A stretch of 64,000 bases of DNA from Octopus sinensis. Its lineage: Eukaryota. The translations under genes and the position numbers were made by a program. This document shows positions 28,366-41,589 of the stretch, in pieces (position 1 is the stretch's first letter; each line of letters opens with the position of its first letter). The DNA lies in assembly GCF_006345805.1 (NCBI RefSeq), contig NC_043021.1:16244001-16308000 (forward strand). Reading direction: 5' to 3'. Below the pieces are notes generated by a model. The model did not search any database, was not told the origin of the DNA, and saw only the letters and a list, made by a program, of their open reading frames with translations.

Positions 28366-28739
28366 TTAAACTGCCCCCAGTATTTGACAGGTACTTTGTA
28401 TAAATTTTTTGTGGGGGTTGGTGGAAGGGAGGTTAGGGTTTATTGTCAGAAACACAATTTTTTGTATGTCAATGTAACCCAAATAACAATCTTAGAATCG
28501 TAGGATACAGCATGAATTTCACAGCTGTTAGTTTTGTATCTACCAACTCGACTTACACTCATGGCCAAAATCTAAAACTCAACTCAAATAACATTCGTGT
28601 ATCCATCACAAATAGATGCAGCTTTTTATTTTTAAAGTGTTTTTTACTCTCTTTTTTTTTAATCCTCTCCTTCAAACATTCACATGTCAAAATCAACGGG
28701 AGTGGCCATCACTCTCATCATCATCATTATTATTATTAA

Positions 28740-29695
28740 CCCTTTTGTTACCATACACCCGTTGAGATGCTCTGTGTTTCTTTCAATTGATTTTAAATAT
28801 AACAAAGAATTTAGCAAAATAACTTAGTTATCATTAAGCTAGAGTTAGGAACATAAATTGTGACTAAGATTTGGTGGAAGATTTTAATTTAAAACTTATG
28901 AAAACAAGACATTTGTACTCAGAGTCAGAGCCGGTTTCAGCTGGGTTGGAAGTGAAAGGGTTAGAATTGTTTCCCTGTTATATATTTTAGCCCTTTTGTT
29001 ACCATATTTGTGGAGATGCTCTGTGTTTCTTTCAATTAATTTTAAATATAACAAAGAATTTAGCAAAATAACTTAATTATCATTCAGCTAGTGTTAGGAA
29101 CATAAATTGTGACTAAGATTTGGTGGAAGATTTTAATTAAAAACTTATGAAAACAAGACATAAACACAACAGAGCCAGAGGTGGTTTCAGCTGGGTTGGT
29201 AACAAAAGGGTTAAGAATTGTTTCTCTATTATATATTTTAATCTTTTTGTTACCATATTTCTGTTGAGATGCTCTCTGTTTCTTTCAATTAATTTTAAAT
29301 ATAACAAAGAATTTAGTAAAATGACAGTTATCATTAAGCTAGTGTTAGGAACATAAATTGTGACTAAGGTTTGGTGGAAGATTTTAATTCAAAACCTGTG
29401 AAAACAAGACATTTGTACTAAAGAGCCAGAGGTGGTTTCAGTCGGGTTTGTATCAAAAGGGTTAATGCTTTAACCATTTTGCTGCTATATTTCTGTTGAG
29501 ATGCTCTGTGTTTCTTTCAATTAATTTTAAATATAACAAAGAATTTAGTAAAATAACTTAATTATCTTTAAGCTAGTGTTAGGAACATAAATTGTGACTA
29601 AGATTTGGTGGAAGATTTTAATTCAAAACTTTTGAAAACAAGACATTTGTACTACAGAGCCAGAGGTGGTTTCGGCTGGGTCGGTATCAAAAGGG
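28740..29695. mobile_element. Head-to-tail array of four piggyBac-type MITE copies
   Basis: Units at ~28740-28960, 28991-29210, 29242-29461 and 29474-29695, all in the same orientation. Confidence 0.85.
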
Positions 29696-30499
29696 TTAAG
29701 GTGGTGAGCTGGCAGAAATGTTAGCATGCTGGACAAGATGTTAAAAGGCCTTTTGTCCATCTTTTTCATTTCATCCATCTTTACACTATGGATTCAAAAT
29801 CCATTGAGGTTGACTTTGCTTTTCATCCACCCGAGGCTGATGAAATAAGTACCAGTGGAGCACTGGGGTCGATGTAATCAACTCTCTCTCTCTCTCTCTC
29901 TCTCTCCACCAAATTTTAGGCATTGTGCTCATGACGATTACCACTATCATCATCATCATCATCATTATACAGGTCAGTGGGCAGTGAGTCATAATTCCAT
30001 ATCACAATGTAGACTTGTGTTAGTTGTTGACTTTACTCTTCTTCAAATCATTCAGACAGCCACGAAGATTGTTTAAACCCAAGCGAGGCAGGTAGGCGTG
30101 TGGGAGCAGGTGTGTGGAGGGGACACCATACAAACTCTGAACAACTTAGACAAGAATTTCTTCATCACCTATGAAAACTGAATAAACAAAGAGAACAGGT
30201 AAGGCCAAATGCTACAACAAAGGAGGAATGGAGGAGAGGAGTGTGAGTGGCGAGGTTGGAGGGCCATGGAGTTTTATGGCTTATTATGTCACCAGACAAT
30301 ACATTTACTCTGTGAGAAACATGATAGGGTTGTAAAACGATAAATTTCATGTTTGTGAGGTTATTGTAATTTTGGAGGGGAGTACATTTTTTTCAGTTGG
30401 TGTAAAAGAGGGTGATGGCTGGAGGAAAGAGTAGAGATAGACGGAACCTCTTCATGAAGCACTGGGGAAAAGGGGCATTCATTAAAGGGTTAGGATTAA

Positions 30500-31860
30500 A
30501 CAGGCACACATTGTAGGGCCGGGAGGAGACGGCACACGTCATAGGGCTGGGAGAAAAAGGTACACGTCGCAGGTCCGGGAGGAGAAGGCGTGCGTCGCAT
30601 GGCCGGGAAGAGAAGGCGTGCGTCGCATGGCCGGGAAGAGAAGGCGTGCGTCGCATGGCCGAGAGGAGAAGGCGTGCATCGCATGGCCGAGAGGAGAAGG
30701 CGTGCGTCGCATGGCCGGGAGGAGAAGGCGTGCGTCGCATGGGCGGGAGGAGAAGGCGTGCGTCGCATGGGCGGAAGGAGAAGGCGTGCGTCGCATGGCC
30801 GGGAGGAGAAGGCGTGCGTCGCATGGCCGGGAGGAGAAGGCGTGCGTCGCAGGGCCGGGAGGAGAAGGCGTGCGTCGCAGGGCGGGAGGAGAAGGCGTGC
30901 GTCGCAGGGCCGGGAGGAGAAGGCGTGCGTCGCAGGGCCGGGAGGAGAAGGCGTGCGTCGCAGGGCCGGGAGGAGAAGGCGTGCGTCGCAGGGCCGGGAA
31001 GAGAAGGCGTGTCTCACAGGGCCAGAAAGAGAAGGTGCGTGTCGCAGGGCCGGGAGGAGAAGGCGTGCGTCGCAGGGCCGGGAGGAGAAGGCGTGCGTCG
31101 CAGGGCCGGGAGGAGAAGGCGTGCGTCGCATGGCCGGGAGGAGAAGGCATGCGTCGCATGGCCGGGAGGAGAAGGCGTGCGTCGCATGGCTGGGAGGAGA
31201 AGGCGTGCGTCGCAGGGCCGGGAGGAGAAGGCGTGCGTCGCAGGGCCGGGAGGAGAAGGCGTGCGTTGCAGGGCCGGGAAGAGAAGGCGTGTCTCACAGG
31301 GCCAGAAAGAGAAGGTGCGTGTCGCAGGGCTGGGAGGAGAAAGCATGTGTCACAGGGCCGGGAACATATAGGCCTGGGAGATGGAGGCATAAATTTCAGG
31401 GCTCAAAGAAGTGGAAATGCATATTTCAGGGCTAAGAAAAGAGGGGTTGTATGTTAAAGGGATAGGACAAGGCACACATTCAAGGCTGGGACAAAGAGGC
31501 ACACATTGTAAAATGGGGGAATGAAATGTATGTTATAGGGTTGATGGAAGTGGGGTACACATAGGGCTGAGAGAGAGAGTGGGTCATGCACTGGAGAGCT
31601 GGAAGGAAGGGAAGAGGAGATGCACTTTCAGACTGGAAGAATTGGGCACATATTGTAGGGCCAAGAGAATTGAGACACACATTATAGGGAGGAGATAAGG
31701 GAGATGCACATTATAGGGCTAAGGGGAGTGGGCATACATTATATGGTTGGAAAAAGTGGGACAAAGGGAATGCACGTTAAAAAGTTGGAAGAAGGGATGA
31801 AATAAAGGAAGATACACATTATAGAGCTGGGGTAAAGGGGGACATACAGTAGGACTGGGA
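30500..31860. repeat. 28-bp GC-rich minisatellite (core ~30570-31360) with degenerate flanks
   Basis: Unit GGCCGGGAGGAGAAGGCGTGCGTCGCA(T/G). Confidence 0.95.
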
Positions 31861-32349
31861 GCAGGGTCTTCATATTGTCAGGTTGGCCTAGGGTACTGAA
31901 TGCTCTAGTACTATCCCTGCCCATTGCCTACAAACAGCAATCATATTTTCCATGAAATATATAAATTAATTGTGAAACTGATTCTTAATTATTTGAAATT
32001 ATCTCTTTTCTTCGATATCCACAAGGGTCTTGTCTTTCTCCCACTAAGAGACAAGTATTTGCAATTATTTGAGGTTTTTCCTTTTTTCGTGTGCATATGT
32101 CATTCAGTAGATCCCTATTAACATATAATATTTAGTCCCAGACAGGGCCAGGTTCCTGGGTAAAGCATTGCACAAGGGCCTCTACATACACAACTACTCC
32201 TTTGGGCACCCTAACTCTGCAGGCCCCCTACCACCACCACCACAGGCAACTACCCAGTGTGCCCAAGTTTTAAGATCGTATGACTCCAAGATGCACTGTG
32301 TCAGAGAAAAGCAAGCTGGTCATGGTTGGAGCATCCTTCAATAAAGGTA

Positions 32350-32680
32350 CAAGGTGCATCCCGGAAGTTTTGAGACATTTTCAAGAGAGACATTTATTAA
32401 TTTGAAAAAAGTACAAAACTCTAATTTCATTCAGAGTATGATCCTCTTATCTGACTCTAATGCCCTTGTTGTATTGCTGAAGCCACTTTGTGAAGGCTCC
32501 CGTGGAAGTCCCCCAGAGTGCAGGTGTCCAGGACCCTTGTCACAGCATCCCTTATCTTCTCAATGTCTTCAAAATGACTGTTCCCCACCCCACCCCACCC
32601 CACCCCACCCAAGGTACTCCTTCAGCTTCGGGAACAACCAAAAGTCACAGGGACACAGGTCTGGACTGTTGGCAAAGTGA
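32350..32680 (-). mobile_element. Mariner-like 3' relic
   Basis: TIR-like AGGTGCATCCCGGAAGTTTTGAGAC; the minus strand reads a degenerate SPDLCPCDFWLFPKLKE motif (~32615-32670). Confidence 0.6.
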
Positions 32681-35600
32681 AGGACAAGGTGGTGAGCTGG
32701 TAGAAACGTTACCACATTGTGGGTAGTAAAGAAATAGGTATTTCATCTGCCGTTACGTTCTGAGTTCAAATTCCGCTGAGGTCGACTTTGCCTTTCATCC
32801 TTTCGGGGTCGATAAATTAGGAACCAGTTATGCACTGGGGGTCGATGTAATCAACTTAATCCCTTTGTCTATCCTTGTTTGTCCCCTCTATGTTTAGCCC
32901 CTTGTGGGCAATAAAGAAATAAGGGTGAAGGACAGTTCTGACGCCCATCTCTATTACCTGGTTATCAGGGTGGAATTTTGAGAAGCAGTGTTTAGCAGAC
33001 TGTGACCATCAGTGCTTAACAGGGCGTGTTCAAAGTGCCATTACAGCCGTCTCCTTCAATCTAGGATAAAAACGTCAGCTTATCAGATGGATATTAAGGA
33101 TATACTAGAATTACAATAATCTAGGACAGTTGTAACTGCCCCCCACCGCCACCCTCCTAATACAGTCTCAAAACTTCTGGAATGCATCTTGTGGGTTGGA
33201 TCGGAGCTGACCAGGGACCCGATGCCCTCCAGTAATGTTTTATTGCACCAGCGACAAATGCCATAGATTTAGGTGTGAGCAACCAATAAACCTCCAGGAC
33301 AGAGAGGAGGTGAGAGTGAGAGAGTGGAGGAGAGAGAGAATGAAAGTACACGCACCACACACACACACCCACACAAATTATTTTATGTGGCTGCTGTGGG
33401 TGTGATGGAGTCGTTTGTTTTAACATTTTGTAATAAACAAATATTGGTGAATTAAGTTATTAGCTTTACAATTGCTGCTGTTGATAATGGTGGTACTGCT
33501 TTTGATGATGGTGGTGGTAATGGGGGGGGGGTAAAGTACTACTGCCACAAGTGATGGTGGTGGCAGTGGTGACGGTGGTGGTGATTATAGTAGTGGTGTA
33601 GTAATGGTGGTGGTGGAGGTGGTAGTGAAAGTGCTGGTGGTGTTGCTTCTAGTCATGTTGGTGGTGGTGGTAGTGGTGTCTTCATAAAAGGAGGGGGAGC
33701 ATGGAAGTGGTGACATTCATGGCTTTTCCAGTGAAGTTACAATACAGTTACAGGTTAGAGAAAAGAAGTTATTTACTGTACGGGATTTATAACACACACA
33801 CACACATCAGCTAACAGACACGCATACACACACACAACAATACAAACATATACCAATTAACACACACACACACACACACAAATATGCACTTAGCAACACA
33901 CATATGAACACTAACCAACATACACTTATACAAAAGAAGCATATACACACACACATACACAATCTTACACCAACCAACACACACTTGTGTATACAAACCA
34001 ACATACACACACCTAACTATGTAATTGCACGTAGGTTCTTTTACTAGCTTCAATTATAGAAAATAATGGGTGCACAGAGTGTGTGCGTATATATATATAT
34101 AATACAAAATGGGACAAGAACACAAAACATCCAGACAGTTAGGTGATACAAAAAAGGGCAACAAAACATCCAGATAGACGATACAAAGAAAACAAGGACC
34201 AATCATTTGGAGTTTTCTTTCCTCAGTCAAGTACCAGATTATCTTCGCAATTTCGGCTGGTTATACTCGAGATTGCTCCAATCTGGCCATCCACAAGGAA
34301 AAACTAAGCTAAGAACATTATATTCCTTGGAAGAAAGCAGCAAATGTATACGAAAACAAGGATGGAAAAAAAATGGAGAATGTTACACAAATACAAATAA
34401 CAGGACATAACAACAGGTGTCTTTCGACTATAGACGAATTAAATTAAGCTGGCACGTATGGAAATGAAACCTTACGGCAGGGATACAAGATTTCACAGGC
34501 ACAGGGAGGACTATAGATGTTGCATGTATGGTGGCCAAACTAATATATACACATACATGAACACACACACCGATATATCTTTTAGCTTTTACTTGTTTAA
34601 GTCATTTGACTGTGACCATGCTGGGGCACCACCTTGAAGTGTTCTCGTTGAACAAATCAACCCCAGTACTTATTCTTTTGTTCTCTTTTGCTGAACTGTT
34701 AAGTTACTGGGATGCAAACACACCAACACCGGTTGTCAAGTGGTGGTGGAGGGAACAAACAGACACAAAGACACATTCCACACACGAGACAAACACACAG
34801 ACAGGCTTCTTTCAGTTTCTGTCTGCCTCATTCACTTACAAGGCTTTGCTTGGCCTGAGGCTATAGTAGAAAACACTTGCCCAAGGTGTCATGCAGTGGG
34901 ACTGAACCCAAAATCATGTGATTGGGAATCCCCTGAAAAGTAGACTAGATCTGGTCTAAGTAGGTACAAATATTTAACAATACCTTAAAATAATTAAACA
35001 ACATGTTTAATAAAATAAGACAGTAATAATTGAAACCTAGAAAGAAAAGACAGGTTTGAAATTACACCATTAATAAAAGCCAGCTTTAAATAAAGCCAAT
35101 TGGCTTTACAAACTTGCTTATGGGTAATTTAAGTATTGAAGAAAATATATAATGCAGTGTCATGCTGGATAAATTGTGAATGAAGCTATTATAGAAAAAA
35201 GAGTGGTGGAAAAGAGGCTCTACAGGAAGCTGGCAGAAAATGAGATACAGTAAATTGATTATTCATTCAGGTTAAACTTACTTAATATTTTAGAGTAATT
35301 GAAAGAAGGCAAAAAAGAAAGTTACATAGGAAGAAGTCATGTTGATATTTGTTATGCTGAGTTTTGTTTGGGGGAGGGGCAAGGAAAAGGAGAAGGAGGA
35401 AGAGAGAGGGAGAAGGAAGAGAGAGAATAAATAAAAAGAGGGGAGTGAGAGAGGGGGATAGAGAGGGGAAAGAGAGAGTGGAGGGAGTGAGAGAGAGAGG
35501 AAGAGAGCAAGAGAAAGGAAGAAAGAGCGAGAGGGAGAGGAGAGGCAAATTCAAGGTGTGACAACTTCTATGTTCCTTTGAAAATTGATTGACTCAAGAA

Positions 35601-36069
35601 CTACATATGTAGGTCAATATTAAACTGTATTTAATCAAAATGCAAATTAAATTTCATGAAATGCTACTTCATCATACTCATTATGTATATAATCAAAATA
35701 AGTAACAGGACAATATAACCATTTCAAGCGGCTTCATTTCATTGAACAATGCAAGCATTACATCAGTTTAAATACAATGCTATCTTCAGTTGTAGTAAAC
35801 ATGGATTTTCAATAGACAAGATATATTAATAAATTTTTTCTCAAATGTTTTATCAGAGCTAGAAGATGAAATTCTTTCATGCTCTCGCTATTGTAGCAAG
35901 ACTAAGCTAAGGGAAGAACGTCAATTTTGGAATGGCATGGAACATAGTGGTGGTGGTCATAGGGTTACAATTAGTTTCTAATTCTTTTATCTACCTTCTT
36001 ATCAACAAAAGATCTAAGGCCAGACTACTACGTTTATTGAGAAGCCTAAGATCTTTTGCTGAATTTTAA

Positions 36070-36532
36070 GACACACAAACACAGGCGAAATGTAAGATAC
36101 ACACACACGCGAGAAATGTAAGAGACACACACACACGCGAGAAATGTAAGATACACACACACGCGAGAAATGTAAGATACACACACACGCGAGAAATGTA
36201 AGATACACACACACGCGCGCGAAATGTAAGATACACACACGCGCGAAATGTAAGATACACACACACACACAACATGTAAGATACACACACGAAATGTAAG
36301 ATACACACACACACACACACACACACAACATGTAAGATACACACACACAACCTGTAAGATATACACACACACAACATGTAAGATACACACACATACACAC
36401 ACAACATGTAAGATACGCACACACACACACACAACATGTAAGATACGCACACACACAACATGTAAGATACACACACACACAACCTGTAAGATACACACAC
36501 ACACACACACACATGTAAGATACACACACACA
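36070..36532. repeat. Minisatellite ATGTAAGATA(CA)n
   Basis: Recurrent TGTAAGATAC anchor with a variable CA tract. Confidence 0.9.
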
Positions 36533-37311
36533 TATATGAATTACATTTTGTGTGTGTAAAGGTTTAAGTTTGAAAACTAACCATTGTCTTCAAACAAAGA
36601 TGATATTGTTAGCCAAGAATATGTCCTTCTAATGATTCCATGTCAACCAATGCTTCTCACACATTGATCTCCATATTCCATTGTCTCAGAATTGACCGAA
36701 GACTGGAAATGAGGAACTGAAAATCATGACTAATGAAGTTTCTGCTCCCAATAATAAAATAAAAATAAATAAAGGTTCCCCATCACGAGCCATGCCAGGC
36801 TCATAAGGGCCGGTTTCCCGGTTTTAAGATCATATATACTCTTTTACTTGTTTCAGTCATTTCACTGCGGCCATGCTGGAGCACCGCCTTTAGTCGAGCA
36901 AATCAACCCCAGTACTTATTCTATCAGTCTCTTTTACCGAACTGCTAAGTTATGGGGACACAAACACACCAGCATCAGTTGTCAAGTGATGTTGTGGGGA
37001 CAAACACAGACACACACACACATATATATATATATACACACATGTATATAATGGGTTTCTTTCAGTTTCCATCAACCAAATCCACTCACAAGGCATTGGT
37101 CGGAATGAGACTATAGTAGAAGACACTTGCCCAAGGTGCCACGCAGCGGGACTGAACACGGAACCATGTGGTTGGCAAGCAAGCTACTTACCACACAGCC
37201 ACTTCTGCACCTATATTCAAAGGATTACTCATTTTTGCCAGCTGAGAGGACTGGAGCAATGTGAAATGAAGTGTTTTGCTCAAGAACACAACATGTCACC
37301 CAGTCCAGGAA

Positions 37312-37800
37312 TCAAACATCCAGTCAACATCATGCTGTTTGGAGTGACCACGAGTAATGGTGATGTTATGCCTCCATTCATCTTCCCATATGGCCTCAGA
37401 CTCAACAGAGGCCTACATCAAGTGCTAGTAGGAGGCAGTGCTGTATTGGGTCAAGAGGGGGGCTGCTGGAAGATCCTATGTCTGGCAGCAGAACTTTGCA
37501 CCATGTCACACAACCACGAGAATGCAGTCATGGGTGTCAGACAATTTCTGCAACCACACCACCCCTAACATCTGGCCACCTAACTCCTCAGACTGCAACC
37601 TCTTGATTACTATGTGCAGGGTGCAGTTGTGCGAGAGACTAACAAAACTCCTTGTAACACCAAAGATGAACTGAGGGCAAGGATTATGGCAGCATTCACC
37701 AACTTAAACAAGGAGACTGTCCATAAGAATTGCAGGAGATTCCGAAGTCATCTGAAGGCTGTGGTTGAAGCCAATGGCGATTTTATTGTATAAATTGACT
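37312..37800 (+). mobile_element. Tc1-like transposase relic (catalytic C-terminal half)
   Basis: KHPVNIMLFGV..GDVMPPFIF, YVWQQNFAPCHT and WPPNSSDCN motifs across frameshifts. Confidence 0.8.
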
Positions 37801-39408
37801 TTAGTATTTCAAGAAATTTTTATGTAATTTTGGTAAATATGTCTGTTAAAATGAGATGTCAGTGTGTTATTTTTGTGTTTGCATAATTTAGTTATACTGT
37901 TGGCACACTGGCAGAATCATTACAGTGCCAGACAAAATACTTAATAGTACTTCTGGATTAACGTTCCAAGTTCAAATGACGCTGAGGACAACTTTGCATT
38001 TTATCCTTTCAGGGTCAATAAAATAAGTACCAGTTGAACATTGGGGACCAATGTAAGTGACTTACCCCTTCACCTAAAATTGCTGGCCTTGAGCCAAAAT
38101 TTGAAACCATTATTAATTAGGTTGTTGAGTAAAAGTATATCTAAAAGTAGATCTTCTGCTAAGATGCAGAGATATATAAAGCAATGCATGTTTATAGACT
38201 CCTTATAGCCTGACCCTCGTAAAAAAGGAAATCAAAGATATGTGATAAAGACTAATGAGCAAGTGGCCGTAAGGGAATATTTTTAAATGGTCAGCAACCT
38301 TAGCGAAAAGAAGCCGTCCTCAATTAAACGATGACTGTGAAAGGAAATGTCCTAGAAAAGAGAAAGAAGAGGCCAGAAAGCATTTTGACATATATATCTA
38401 ACATATGGTTAGATTAGGAGATTTGAAAACATGTGAGTTCTTTCATAGAAATTGTCAGTCATTATTCTCAACTAATTTATAAACTTAATTGCTCTTCATT
38501 AAGAATTATTTGTACAATATCAAATGTTGTTGTGGCTCAGCGGTTAGAGCATTGGGCTCGTAATTATGAGGTAGGGAGTTCAATTTCTGGACCAGGCTGT
38601 GTATTGTGTTCTTGAGCAAGACACTTTATTTTCACGTTGCTCCAGTTCACTCTGTTGTAGAAAGGAGTTGCAACATCACTGGTGCCAAGCTGTATCGGCC
38701 CCTTTGCCTTTCCCTTGGATAACATCAGTGGTGTGGAGATGGGAGACTGTTATGCATCGGTGACTGCTTGTCTTCCATAAGCAACACTGCCTGGACTTGT
38801 GCCTTGGAGGGGAACTTTCTAGGTGCAATCCCATGGTTATTCATGACCGAAGGGGTGGGGACCTTTACTTCCGTCATATATGTGTTGATTCTAGGTATTA
38901 TGATAAATATTACACTAGTAACCAAATTAAACCATTCACCATGGCTCTATTCAAAATTGAACTACTCACTTGATAACCTTAACCATTTAGCATTCAAATC
39001 ACTCTGTCAACTGCAATGCTTATAAGCACTGTTCTGGATTAATCATGCATTCTATCTCTTGGCTTCAAGGTTTCAATGATGTGATTATTTTTAGAATGAC
39101 ATTGTAGGGTTGGTGTGAGAGGTCAGATAAAATAAGTAGAATGTTTGAGCTGGATATGACCAGGTAATATGTTAAAAGGTTAATGGGCTTTGCTGTTTGA
39201 TATACATGTGTTTTTCCATTTTTTTTTAATTGACCAATTTATAAACTTAATTGCTCTTCATTAAACATTATATAATATTAAATGTTATTTTTTGTTGTTG
39301 TTGTTGATAACATTTAATATTATATAAATATGAATAGGATAAAAACTGTGAATAAAAAAATGAAAAGATTTTCTCAAAGAATTGATAAGAAAGTCTGGCG
39401 GTACTTAC

Positions 39409-40387
39409 CGATTTTATTGGACCAGAAGGCACCATTGGTAATTCCTTGTGTAAAATTATTTCCTTGGCATGTGTTGCCCTTGGACATCGTTTTGTGGGCA
39501 TTGGCGTAAGTATGGGCCAAATGGCGAAAGAGAGGATCGTCAGGGGATTTGCTATAATGATCTTTTGCTATGTGACCAGCTGAGCTATCAAAAGGGTAAA
39601 CCGCTACCAAGTTACTACCGTGGAGGCTTGCAGACAACACAAAATGGTTTTGGGTCAACCAGTTTTGGATGGCTTTTGTTTCCAGTTCAATATATGGCTT
39701 ACTCCGTTCTGGCTTGGAATCAAACTGGTCGGGGAAATTTCTATCCAAGTCAACTCCATTGGAATTTGGTCTACCCGTGGAACCTGAGCAATCACCTTCT
39801 TTCGCTTTTTCGAAGCCATCGGGGTTCATCGATGGCATCAGATAGATATATGCATTTTTCAAAAGTTGACTAATTCGATCGATACCTGTAGAGTTATAAT
39901 TTTGAAGTAAATGCCAGGCTAGTCGAAGCAACAGTTCGCGACCAACAGCTTCGTTCCCGTGTATATTAGCAACTAATTTTAATTTAGGTTTACCCGGAAC
40001 GGCGACACCAACAGACTCGGAGATTTCCAAAGCCCACAACGTCCGATTCTCAACGCTTTTGCCCAGCTCGTGTAATCGAGCCAGATTAGGATAAATTTGT
40101 ACAGATTTCTTCAGAAATGTCGTCATTTCATCGTAATTATGATATTTGGAAACGTTGAATTCAAGTGTATTTGAAGGAGAAGAAAGATTTTTCGCAACAC
40201 AGTCATTTGTAGCAAAAATAATTAAAATTAGACTGAGAGTGGTAATAAAATTATACATTGACGATATTTTTACGAGCTTGCTGCAATTAAATAATCGTTT
40301 CATCTTCATTCTTCGATAAAATACAACACGTTCCTGGTCGAAAATTGAACCAGTTATGCAAGGCTTTAAATCATCCACTCGAGACAT
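39409..40387 (-). CDS. CPD: Carboxypeptidase D-like (M14B) gene, first coding exon: signal peptide plus most of the carboxypeptidase domain
   Basis: The ORF has M14B motifs YHNYDEM, LGKSVENRTLW, PGKPKLKLVANIHGNE, MPSMNPDGFE, GRPNSNGVDLDRNFPD, SLHG, YPFD, SPDDPLFRHLA and GITNGAFW. A hydrophobic signal peptide follows Met44 (ATG at 40258), which may be the true start. Donor G|GTAAGT at 39409/39408 (phase 1); candidate acceptor TTTTTTTCAG| at 40447. Orthology to CPD versus a paralogue is not proven. Confidence 0.9.
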
Positions 40388-41589
40388 AACTTTTTCTTTC
40401 TTTTACAACAAATGGAAGACATGAAGATGTTGACGTTGAAATTTAACTGAAAAAAATCTTTTTCCGAACGCCACTCGGTGTCTGCTGTCGATTTATGATT
40501 AGGTGGAATAATGATAAATTAAATAAAACTTAAGTTGTCCGTGTGCTTGTAGGTGGTGGTGATGGTGATAATACTTCTGATATCATGTAAAAGGTTCGCT
40601 CCTCCATATCACCTGCTGTTGTATTTCCCAGCAATAAAGTGAATTATAATGACGTGTGAGGCATAAAGGTAGATGTTAAAAAAAAGATAAATGAAATATT
40701 TATCAGTGAAAAAAAAATGTTTAATAAATGTTCTATCAATCCAATTTTCAAAGCATTGTTTTGTCTTTTCTTTTTTTTTTTCGTTTCTAATATATGCATT
40801 TATATTGAATATACCCGAATAAATGGCAGTAAGAATCTGTAAGAATGATGCATATTAAGAATAGAATAAAGCAAAAACACAGCAAATATTTGTCGTTTGT
40901 TTTACATTCTAGGAGACAGAAGAATCCAGTAAGGTGTGTGAAGGACTGTTAGCTTTTCGTAAAAAGCATATTTACTATCCTCTCAAAGTGGACATAATAT
41001 ACAGGCCTATACATAGAGGAGGGTGAGCAAGAGAAATATTAAACAATGTCACTTATTCTGTACCTTCGGGTTCTTGGGAGCGGTAAAATTCGGGTCTTCA
41101 GTGCTGGGACTTTAAATATTGTCACCAACTTCAGAGTGCAATGTTGTCATTCTTTACCTTTTACTCTTCAGTTTTCTCCTTACATGTAATTTTGGTTTGG
41201 AACCATTCCTCCAAACCTAATGGTCTTTTTCTCTCTTCTTCTTCTTCTTATTATTATTATTGTATATTTTGCAGCCTTCTTCTTCTTTCATTGGTGTCCT
41301 TCGCTTTCATTTTTTTTTTTATCTAAAAAATATTCCGACAACAATAGTGATAAACAAGACCGGATAAAGACAATTATGTTTTGCATTTGGGCCCGACCCG
41401 ACTCTAACGTTCCGATGTTGTCTTCAGCTGATGTCGCCAAACCTCTATCTGTGTGTGTGTGTGTTTAGATATATATATGTGTGTATGTGTTAGAGTGTGT
41501 GTCAACACAGCCTGAACTACTGACAGTGGAGCTAATACAATATATATTAATATGCGTGTGTATATGTGTGTGTATTTAATAAGTAAGGG

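Noticed and set aside
30393-31457. Six overlapping Arg/Pro-rich ORFs
   Set aside because: Produced by a stop-free 28-bp minisatellite open in all frames.
33241-33262. TATTGCAC, a miR-92-family seed-like start
   Set aside because: The rest does not match miR-92 and no complementary arm forms a precursor hairpin.
36070-36532. Repeat-spacer pattern resembling a CRISPR array (also 27530-27965)
   Set aside because: Spacers are CA/TA microsatellite rather than unique sequence; eukaryotic context; no cas genes.
39469-39873. 134-aa plus-strand ORF
   Set aside because: Antisense shadow of the carboxypeptidase exon.
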